NCBI GenBank assembly: GCA_050331235.1
Contig: JBHJHA010000114.1
Span: forward strand, 1-19,615
DNA length: 19,615 bases
Source of the DNA: Leptolyngbyaceae cyanobacterium
GTDB taxonomy: Bacteria; Cyanobacteriota; Cyanobacteriia; Phormidesmidales; Phormidesmidaceae
Reading direction: 5' to 3'
Positions 1 through 7,249 of the stretch are shown here, piece by piece. How positions within the stretch are numbered: position 1 is the first letter of the stretch; every line of letters begins with the position of its first letter. The position numbers were made by a program, and so were the translations under genes. The notes beneath the pieces were generated by a model that worked only from the letters and a program-made list of their open reading frames with translations, did no database searches and had not been told where the DNA came from.

Positions 1-483
1 ATCTTCGTTTTGATATGCTTTTACGTCGGTGAGTCGGTCGGAGAGCGATGGGGGCACATCGGCATCTCCATTGTTCGTCGATCCCGTTTCTTCGGGTCGG
101 TCATCTACCGTATCCAGCTCATCCACCTCTAGTTCCACCGAGGCATCGGTAAGATCAACTAGGGAGGGGTCCGCAGGGGGGGCTGGCTCAGCTGGGGGCG
201 GTTCCATCGGCAGCTTTGGGTCCTCGGTGTTGGGCCCGTCCGCAGGGTCAGTGCGGTCGTCGGCTGCGGCCTTTTGCCCATCCGGCGATAGCACAGCTAC
301 CTCCATCGCGGTGCTAGTCGGGGGTGGCGGCTCATATGAAAGCTCATCAGCCGGTTCAGTCAAGGTGTAAGGGATGGCCAGCACCAAGCCGTGGGCTGCC
401 AGCGACAGTCCGAGTAGCAGGCCAAAGGTTCCCCGATGGGAAACACTTTGGGGCTTAGCCAAGTGCCAATCCAATCGTTTCAA
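1..483 (-). CDS. Membrane-anchored Pro/acidic-rich protein with a TonB/TolA-like N-terminus (partial, runs off the left edge)
   Basis: Absent from the ORF track; translated by hand. TTG at 483 (in-frame TGA just upstream), open to base 1: MKRLDWHLAKPQSVSHRGTFGLLLGLSLAAHGLVLAIPYTLTEPADELSYEPPPPTS...MEPPPAEPAPPADP... One TM helix with S-x3-H, then a Pro/Asp/Glu-rich linker. Confidence 0.7.
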   Translation of the reverse strand, partial: MKRLDWHLAKPQSVSHRGTFGLLLGLSLAAHGLVLAIPYTLTEPADELSYEPPPPTSTAMEVAVLSPDGQKAAADDRTDPADGPNTEDPKLPMEPPPAEPAPPADPSLVDLTDASVELEVDELDTVDDRPEETGSTNNGDADVPPSLSDRLTDVKAYQNED

Positions 484-484
484 C

Positions 485-500
485 TGAGTTGCTCAACTCA
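485..500. promoter_or_regulatory. Inverted repeat TGAGTTG-CT-CAACTCA, possible operator
   Basis: Perfect 7-bp arms with a 2-nt spacer, 1 nt from the TTG start at 483, in a divergent intergenic region. Confidence 0.3.
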
Positions 501-777
501 ATACACAGCGTCTGATAACGGAAGCTAATGTCCAACGGGCGATCGCCCGCCCTATCTTAACCATCCTTAGCGCCTCTACCAAGATAGCGGTCGCATTGAC
601 TAGGAGCTGCCCCGACAGACAGTTATTGCAGTGACCTTCGTCCCAAAGGTGGAGTTAGGACTTACCATAGCGATGGCTTATGACCAACGAGAACTCTTCT
701 TGACATGACAGAATTGTCGGCAGACAAAACTACGGCTGCCAGCAATTTGACTAACCTCGTTAATCCAGGGTGAAACT

Positions 778-2652
778 ATGTCTCGGCGCGAAGACTTGAC
801 CTTGCTGCTTTCAGGAGGGGTGCTGACCTTGTTAGCACTGGCGGTCGTGACGCTGGAGGCTCGCTTCTCATCTTCTCTAGAGGCTGTGCCAGAGGAGCCC
901 ATGGCTCGTTTGCTTACCGATCCATTTTTGCAGCAGCCGACGGAAAATTCAGTCCGGGTCGTTTGGTTTACTGAGTTTGCCGGTCAGCGTCACACCGTAA
1001 TTTACAGTCTACAGTCCGATAGTTTGCTCACGGGTAGCGCGGCACAGTCCGTTGCGGCGACGAGTCGTCAGTTGACCCGACTCCGCGAAGATCGGGACTC
1101 TAACCTCCCTCAAACATCATCCCCAGAGGTGCCAACGCCCCGCTTAGTTTGGCGACATGAAGCGATCGTCACCGGACTACCGCCTGGCCAGCGCCTGCCC
1201 TATCGCGTAGAGAGCGTGAACGATGACGGGACGGTGATCGGTAGCGATCGCTTCAGCTTAGCGGCGGCTCCTTTACGCGAGGCGCCACTCAAAATATTGC
1301 TAACTTCCGACCACCAGGCTAAGCCAATGACAGCAGCCAATCTCCAGAAGGTCGAAGAAACAGTGGGTCAGGTAGATGCGGTATTTATGGCTGGTGATTT
1401 GGTTAATGTCCCAGATCGCGCGTCAGAGTGGTTTGATGATGCGGCGGGGGCGGCATTTTTTCCGGCGTTGCAAGGTCGCGCCAATTACCGTTTGCCCCCT
1501 AAAGGGCGCGGTCGTCGCTATCGAGGGGGGCAACTCATTCAACATGCGCCGCTATTTCCCGCGATCGGTAATCACGAAGTGATGGGACGCTTTTCGTCGG
1601 TCACGCCCCTTAACGAGCAGTTTAATGACCCGGTGCCCCGTTCGGCTGCGATCGAGCAGTATGAGCTTCGCCCTGATCTCTTTAATCCCAATAATGATCC
1701 CGCGGTGCGGCAACAGTGGATTATCAATCATTCATTCAACACCGACACCTACGACGAGCTCTTTACTCTGCCGCAGAGTGATGTCCCCGGAGCAGAGCCA
1801 ACTAGCCATTTTTATGCGACCACCTTCGGTAATGTTCGGCTGATATCGCTGTTTGTCACCAATATCTGGCGGCGCCCGGGGGTGCAGCCAGATATTCAGG
1901 GCCGCTTTCAGGAGCGATCGCCCGATTTAGGTCGGCCAGCCAACTGGGGGCACGGTCAGCATATCTTTGAGCCTATTCGTTCTGGCAGCCCCCAATACCA
2001 ATGGCTACAAACTGAGCTCGCCAGCGAAGATTTTCAGCAGGCGCGCTACACAGTGGTGATGCTGCATCATCCCGCCCACAGTCTAGGAGACAACGTGATT
2101 CCGCCGTTTACTGACCCGATCAGGCTGTATGATCGCCACCCCGACGGCACCTTACGCGCCGTTCGTTACGAATATCCGATTCAGGACGATTATATTATTC
2201 GTGATCTAGTGCCGCTGCTCGAGGCTGCTGGAGTCGATCTCGTGCTCTATGGCCACTCTCATCTATGGAATCGCTTTGTCAGTGCGACGGGGATGCACTT
2301 TCTCGAGACTTCGAATGTGGGCAACACCTACGGGGCTTTCTGGCAGGGCGAGCAACAGCGAAATGTTCCCCCGGCAAAACCCAGTGCAAACTTCGACAGC
2401 TATCAACCGGCTTACTATACTGCCCAAGGTGACCCGAATGGGCTAGAGCCGATTGTCCCGACCTTGGCCCCCCTGATTGGCGAAGATGGGCAACCCTTAC
2501 CTTACCTCGCTAGTAACGAAGTCACCGCCTTTAGCATCTTTGAAACGGCTACGGGGACGGTGTCTAGCTATTATTTCGATACCCGCAAGCCTAATTCTGA
2601 GGTGATCAAATTTGACGAGTTTACTCTGAATAACACTGAGGTCTTGCCATAA
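778..2652 (+). CDS. Calcineurin-like metallophosphoesterase with a PAP-type FN3-like N-terminal domain, probably exported
   Basis: 624 aa. All five MPP metal motifs present: TSDHQ, GDLVN, GNHE, MLHH, GHSH. N-terminal SRRE plus a hydrophobic helix. LLTDPFLQ...VRVVWFT...HEAIVTGLPPG fits a PAP N-terminal domain. Confidence 0.88.
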   Translation: MSRREDLTLLLSGGVLTLLALAVVTLEARFSSSLEAVPEEPMARLLTDPFLQQPTENSVRVVWFTEFAGQRHTVIYSLQSDSLLTGSAAQSVAATSRQLTRLREDRDSNLPQTSSPEVPTPRLVWRHEAIVTGLPPGQRLPYRVESVNDDGTVIGSDRFSLAAAPLREAPLKILLTSDHQAKPMTAANLQKVEETVGQVDAVFMAGDLVNVPDRASEWFDDAAGAAFFPALQGRANYRLPPKGRGRRYRGGQLIQHAPLFPAIGNHEVMGRFSSVTPLNEQFNDPVPRSAAIEQYELRPDLFNPNNDPAVRQQWIINHSFNTDTYDELFTLPQSDVPGAEPTSHFYATTFGNVRLISLFVTNIWRRPGVQPDIQGRFQERSPDLGRPANWGHGQHIFEPIRSGSPQYQWLQTELASEDFQQARYTVVMLHHPAHSLGDNVIPPFTDPIRLYDRHPDGTLRAVRYEYPIQDDYIIRDLVPLLEAAGVDLVLYGHSHLWNRFVSATGMHFLETSNVGNTYGAFWQGEQQRNVPPAKPSANFDSYQPAYYTAQGDPNGLEPIVPTLAPLIGEDGQPLPYLASNEVTAFSIFETATGTVSSYYFDTRKPNSEVIKFDEFTLNNTEVLP

Positions 2653-2726
2653 TGCTGGCTTTCTATCGACTTTTGGACTCAGAGCTCTTGCAAAGGCACT
2701 TACTTAGCTCACTTGACCTAGCAGCT

Positions 2727-3149
2727 CTAAAATAGAACAGATTGGCAACTCATCAAAAACAACGTAAAGATGCTCAGACTGCCGACGGCAAACATGACCG
2801 ATCGCAGAAGTGGAATATCGAGAATGTAAAACACACTGTAAAGTGAACGGGCGATCACGTAGGCGATCGCCGCACTGAGTGCTAGCTGCGATGCTTGACC
2901 AGTGACATAGGCCATCAACGCAGCGGGGGCAAACAGCGCAAAGGATTCAAAGCTGTTTTGATGGGCCCAGTTAGCCCGCTGAGCATAGGGCGGCATCTTA
3001 TCGGTCATCATGCGGGGAGCCGACATGTCATACCCTAGCTGCAATCGGGCGATCCCTACCAGCAAAAATGGGACATAGACCAAAACAGCACCAATCACGA
3101 CACACACCAGCAATGTACCCGGCATCGGTAATTGTGAGAAAAGAGCCAT
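2727..3149 (-). CDS. MAPEG family membrane protein
   Basis: 140 aa, about four hydrophobic segments, MAPEG signature RANWAHQNSFE and AYVIARSLY. Confidence 0.9.
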   Translation of the reverse strand: MALFSQLPMPGTLLVCVVIGAVLVYVPFLLVGIARLQLGYDMSAPRMMTDKMPPYAQRANWAHQNSFESFALFAPAALMAYVTGQASQLALSAAIAYVIARSLYSVFYILDIPLLRSVMFAVGSLSIFTLFLMSCQSVLF

Positions 3150-3167
3150 AGCAGCCGTGGATAAGGA

Positions 3168-3683
3168 TTAGTCGAAATAAAAGAGCGTAACGATTTTGCG
3201 CTGATCTTCAGCGTCTTCACAAGTGCGCAAAAGCGTATGGCTGTCGTGAAAGGCAAAACAGATCAACTGCTGACAGCGGGATACAATCTCCTGGTTGCAG
3301 ATTGCACTAGCTTCTGCCAGCGATAGAGTATCGTTGTTGGAGTTTTCTACCAAGTGCATAACCTGGCTGAGCTGGTCTTTAGACTCACGGGGTTGCTTTG
3401 ACAAGCTCTGGGGCAAGATTACTGTGAGCAGATTAGGATCACCCTTGAGTGCGCCACGAATAGCTGCCGAATTGGTACCGGTGGCTCCCGATGTCAGAAT
3501 GCGGTTTCCTCCAACGACCAAAGCGTAGGTCATCAGCTCAATCAGTTGCTGATGGGTGATAGGCACATGGCGCGAACCCAAAATTGCAATCCGTTTTGAC
3601 CCCGACTGCTGAATAGCAGCCAGCTCTTGTAAAAAAACATCTACCTTGGAAGATTCCAAAGGGGCATCGATAGACTGACTCAA
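3168..3683 (-). CDS. Short DprA/Smf-like (SLOG fold) protein, 'DNA recombination-mediator protein A' family
   Basis: 171 aa, TTG start. IAILGSR, TSGATGTNSAAIRGA and ICNQEIV parallel the DprA motifs vaivGsR, vSGlAxGiD and RNrii. No accessory DprA domains. Confidence 0.82.
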   Translation of the reverse strand: MSQSIDAPLESSKVDVFLQELAAIQQSGSKRIAILGSRHVPITHQQLIELMTYALVVGGNRILTSGATGTNSAAIRGALKGDPNLLTVILPQSLSKQPRESKDQLSQVMHLVENSNNDTLSLAEASAICNQEIVSRCQQLICFAFHDSHTLLRTCEDAEDQRKIVTLFYFD

Positions 3684-3712
3684 CGGCGATACACAAATAC
3701 GTGAACGCGCCC

Positions 3713-3721
3713 ATTGTATCA
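3713..3721 (-). promoter_or_regulatory. Putative extended -10 promoter (TGATACAAT) for the DprA-like/MAPEG pair
   Basis: Minus strand reads TG-A-TACAAT about 30 nt upstream of the TTG at 3683, within the 53-bp gap. Confidence 0.4.
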
Positions 3722-3736
3722 GTCAAGGGAAAAAAG

Positions 3737-4837
3737 TCAGCTATGGGGTGCGATCGCGGGCCGTTCTAACTCCATCAAGCCGACCAAACGTTCCATATTC
3801 AAGTGAGTGGTGAGGTGCTCTTTAATCAGCGGGACTTTATCAGGATTGTTCAGCGGTAAACGCCCAAACAACATTTCAATGCGTTCAACTGTGGTTAGCG
3901 TATCCGTCGCCACCGATAGAATCGGCACTTCCTTGTCGCGAGCCAAATCGATTACGTCTTTGGCGGGCGCGAGCTGCCCTGTCAAAATGAGGCAGTGGGT
4001 AGAGGTTTCGAGGGCGGCAATTTGCAGGTCACGGCGATCTCCACCCGTGACCACCGCTTGATGGGTGCCTTGGCCAAAAAAGCGAAGAGCGGAGTTGACA
4101 TTCATTGCGCCGATTTTGAGACTCTCGACCACCAAATCTAAATGATCACTGCTACAGAGGACTTCAGCATCGAGATAGCGCACCAACTCCGAAACTCGAA
4201 TTCCCTGTAAAAATGGCAACGACGGCAAGACTCCAATGACTGGAATCCCCAAATGCTCTAAGTAAGGAGCGATGGTTTCGTCAATTAGCTGCGCTTCTGA
4301 CTCGCCAACTTCATTGAGCACAACCCCGATCAGAGCTGACCCTAATCGCTTTTGCGCCGCGATTAGTTGATCGATCATGCCCAAGGTATTGGCCTGCATC
4401 ACGAGCAAAACTTGCGCATCGAGGGCGATCGCCATCTCCGGCAATGACAGATGAAACAGCGCCCCCTCCTCCAGGGTTGACGGTCCCTCGATCAGGACAA
4501 TGTCGCCACTGACCTGCTGCCAATAGGCTTCAAGATTTTCGCTGAGCTGAGAAGTGGCCTGCTGCTGCAGCCGATTCATCCAAGTTTTGCTGTCTAAGCT
4601 TAAGAGGTTGGGACACTGCTGCTCGGGCGTCAAGCTGAGGGCTTGGGGAATAAATGTCAAGTCACCATCAGCATCGTCCAAGCCATAGCCAAACGTATCA
4701 ATGGAGGACAGCGGCTTGCCCCAACCGACTCGAAACCCCATCGCTTGTAGCTGGCTACCAATGGCAATTGAAAGTGTCGATTTGCCACTGTAGGCTACCG
4801 TCGAGCCGATAATCAGATGTTTAGCTACTTGGGGCAC
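3737..4837 (-). CDS. Phosphotransacetylase-family protein (BioD-like P-loop plus DRTGG domain, no PTA catalytic domain)
   Basis: 366 aa, GTG start. GSTVAYSGKS P-loop, WGKP, VLIEGP, IGAMN, VVTGGDRRDLQIAALE, LILTG. Confidence 0.88.
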   Translation of the reverse strand: MPQVAKHLIIGSTVAYSGKSTLSIAIGSQLQAMGFRVGWGKPLSSIDTFGYGLDDADGDLTFIPQALSLTPEQQCPNLLSLDSKTWMNRLQQQATSQLSENLEAYWQQVSGDIVLIEGPSTLEEGALFHLSLPEMAIALDAQVLLVMQANTLGMIDQLIAAQKRLGSALIGVVLNEVGESEAQLIDETIAPYLEHLGIPVIGVLPSLPFLQGIRVSELVRYLDAEVLCSSDHLDLVVESLKIGAMNVNSALRFFGQGTHQAVVTGGDRRDLQIAALETSTHCLILTGQLAPAKDVIDLARDKEVPILSVATDTLTTVERIEMLFGRLPLNNPDKVPLIKEHLTTHLNMERLVGLMELERPAIAPHS

Positions 4838-4845
4838 TCCTCTCG

Positions 4846-4851
4846 CTCCTT
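4846..4851 (-). promoter_or_regulatory. Shine-Dalgarno AAGGAG for the Pta-like gene
   Basis: AAGGAG lies 8 nt upstream of the GTG at 4837. Confidence 0.55.
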
Positions 4852-4920
4852 ACTCGTAAAGTCTATATTTGGACTGCCCCTCCCATTCTGCCATCACTTG
4901 CCGACTAGAACTGTGTCACC

Positions 4921-5301
4921 CTAATCATCCAGACGCAAAAGCTTCCGATAAAAAGACTTAGAAAAATCGGCGGGCCGCTGGTGCCGCAATGCCACAACGA
5001 CATCAAATAAAAAGTCAACATACTCGAATGTTGCCATCGTAATCTCGTAGCTCAGATCGGCATCATCATCAAACTGTAAGCGACACCGTGTGAGGTCGGC
5101 AGGCAACGTCGAAACATTCCATGTAGCGATAAAAGGAATACTGTTTCCCTCTTCAATAGCTCGCTCACCTTCCAAGTTGCCTCGCTTGTAGAGGCCGATC
5201 GCATAGGGCAGTGCATTGCGTTTTGTACCCTGGTAGTACGGCAAATAAACGCCGATTTCGGCTTTATTCACCGGTTTTATCTCATCAAAAGTCAGTGACA
5301 T
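4921..5301 (-). CDS. ebsA: Type IV pilus biogenesis / biofilm self-suppression protein EbsA
   Basis: 126 aa from ATG 5301 (the ORF track extends to 5352). VYLPYY, LPYAIGLY, GNLEGERAIE, LPADLTRCRLQFD, SYE and DFSKSFYRKLL match my recollection of the EbsA family. Confidence 0.88.
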   Translation of the reverse strand: MSLTFDEIKPVNKAEIGVYLPYYQGTKRNALPYAIGLYKRGNLEGERAIEEGNSIPFIATWNVSTLPADLTRCRLQFDDDADLSYEITMATFEYVDFLFDVVVALRHQRPADFSKSFYRKLLRLDD

Positions 5302-5830
5302 AGTGCTGTAGGAATCAGGTGACTTGATCAACGGGAGGAAACACTGATGCATACGCTTCCTCAGCCAATAGCATGCCCAAAAGTTGAGTCTGTGCCCTCA
5401 GTGATAGCACAACACCAAAATATCGGAAGTGCGTCTCTGGCGGTCGCGGTGGGTCGCACTGACAGATAAAGTTGGCGGTCAGTTGCGGCGGCGGTACCGG
5501 ATACCGATCACCCGGGCGCAGGTGCAGAGCGATAACATTCGTCGCCAAGACTCGGCCCATCATTGGCTTCTACCGATTTACCCTAGTCAGCCTCGAGGGC
5601 TGGACAGTCTGTGGTTTTGTTAGGCTGAAGGCTCTTCCGCATTTTGACAGGTGGATGTAAGGCAACCGTGGCTATGGCCTATTGATTCGCTGTAGGGTAA
5701 TGTCTTGAAAGTATGTCGGAATGTAAATGACTATGCCAAATTTGATTAGTTGGGGTTAGGCCGCTACGAAGATGGTTAATCAACAATATTATTAAATTAT
5801 TAAGCAGTTCGAAGTAAGGGCGGAGAAAGT

Positions 5831-7231
5831 ATGTTCGGTGGGGCCAAAAGCAGCTCGGTAAACTTATCTCCTCTAGCGCCTGATGACTTTCATCGGTATG
5901 AGCGGCGACGACTCAAGGCCGCAATTGCCCTGGCTGGGGTTTGGGCCTTTACCGCTTTGCTGCACTTAGTAGTCTGGGGTCAGTGGCTCGTTTATGGATG
6001 CATGCTCGCCATCGGAGTACACCTCTTACGGCTTATCTGCTGTCATCCCCAGCGGATTCCCGAGCCATTGCCAAGCTGGCAAGATACCCTAGCGAGCGAG
6101 CGTCAAACAATCGACCGGGAGCAATGGCCTACGGTCTCGATTTTGGTGGCCGCGAAAAACGAGGTCAGTGTGATTGAGCGGTTAGCGACATCCCTGATGG
6201 AAATTGATTATCCTGCTGACCGGTTCGATATCTGGCTCATCGATGACAATAGTACCGATGGCACCAGCCAAGTTATGGATCGGCTGGCCCAAGACAATAA
6301 CAACCTCCGAGTGATTCACCGAGATGCTACAGCGGTGGGTGGCAAATCTGGTGCTCTCAATCAGGTCTGGCCTCTGACTGATAGCTCGTTATTACTCGTG
6401 TTTGATGCAGATGCTCAAATTCCGGCTGACTGCCTACGACGGGCAGTGCCACGGTTTCAAGACGCACAAGTTGGTGCGGTGCAGTTGCGCAAGGCGATCG
6501 CTAACAGCACGCAAAACTTTTGGACCCGGGCTCAAGTTGCTGAGATGGCCTTTGATGCTTACTGTCAATATAAGCGCATTGCCTTGAACGGTATCGGTGA
6601 ATTGCGGGGCAACGGCCAGTTTGTGCGGCGCTCCGCCTTAGAGCAGCTAGGTGGATGGACTGAAGAAACCATTACCGATGATTTAGATTTAACGCTCAAG
6701 CTCCACGTCAACGGTTGGGACGTTGCTTTTATGATGACGCCCTCTGTACAGGAAGAAGGGGTCACTCGAGCGATTTCGCTATGGCATCAACGTAATCGCT
6801 GGGCCGAAGGTGGCTATCAGCGATATTTGGACTATTGGCGACTCATCGTCCCACAGCGGTTGGGATGGTCCAAGGCTTTTGACCTATTGGTCTTTTGGAT
6901 AATTCAGTATGGCTTGCCTACGGCCGCTTTCCCAGACTTTGCCTTGGCGATCGCCCGCAATCGCCCACCCATGTTAGTGCCGCTGTCAAGCATTGCTATC
7001 CTTTATGCCACGGTTGGCATGGCTCGGGGGCTCAGCAGTACCCAGAGTGCTTCCCCGTTTTCAATACTTGTCCAAACCATCCGGGGCATGGTCTATATGA
7101 CCCACTGGATGCTAATCATTGCCACTGTGACGTTTCGCATGGCAATCCGGCCCAAGCGATTGAGATGGGTGAAAACTCAGCATGGCCACCCGGCCCAGTC
7201 TCCAGTCGTGGAAGCTGAAATTACGTCCTAA
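5831..7231 (+). CDS. mgdA: Monoglucosyldiacylglycerol synthase (GT2)
   Basis: 466 aa. RRLKAA, VAAKNE, DDNSTD, GGKSGALN, FDAD, GELRGNGQ, TITDDLD, QRNRWAEGGYQRYLDY (QxxRW) and RPKRLRWVKT match Synechocystis Sll1377-type MgdA. Confidence 0.88.
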   Translation: MFGGAKSSSVNLSPLAPDDFHRYERRRLKAAIALAGVWAFTALLHLVVWGQWLVYGCMLAIGVHLLRLICCHPQRIPEPLPSWQDTLASERQTIDREQWPTVSILVAAKNEVSVIERLATSLMEIDYPADRFDIWLIDDNSTDGTSQVMDRLAQDNNNLRVIHRDATAVGGKSGALNQVWPLTDSSLLLVFDADAQIPADCLRRAVPRFQDAQVGAVQLRKAIANSTQNFWTRAQVAEMAFDAYCQYKRIALNGIGELRGNGQFVRRSALEQLGGWTEETITDDLDLTLKLHVNGWDVAFMMTPSVQEEGVTRAISLWHQRNRWAEGGYQRYLDYWRLIVPQRLGWSKAFDLLVFWIIQYGLPTAAFPDFALAIARNRPPMLVPLSSIAILYATVGMARGLSSTQSASPFSILVQTIRGMVYMTHWMLIIATVTFRMAIRPKRLRWVKTQHGHPAQSPVVEAEITS

Positions 7232-7249
7232 ACCGGATTTGTAACCTAA

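Noticed and set aside
29..370. 113-aa Ser/Gly-rich plus-strand ORF
   Set aside because: Antisense shadow of the Pro/acidic-rich minus-strand gene, which has a coherent protein architecture.
536..549. 14-bp palindrome CGGGCGATCGCCCG
   Set aside because: A HIP1 core with three extra matching flank bases; not evidence of a separate element.
556..573. Possible SphR Pho box (CTTAACCA..CTTAGCGC) upstream of the phosphoesterase
   Set aside because: Only one good octamer, with 10-nt rather than 11-nt phasing and no third repeat. The candidate at 750-766 is also mis-spaced.
5586..5605. Hairpin CAGCC-TCGAG-GGCTG as a terminator
   Set aside because: Only a 5-bp core, no adjacent U-tract, and in a divergent promoter region.
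5429..5660. Two overlapping plus-strand ORFs (64 and 62 aa) between ebsA and mgdA
   Set aside because: Non-ATG starts, no recognisable family, and mutual overlap.
5723..5736. NtcA-like GTA-N8-TGC upstream of mgdA
   Set aside because: Not the GTA-N8-TAC consensus and not at the canonical distance from a clear -10.
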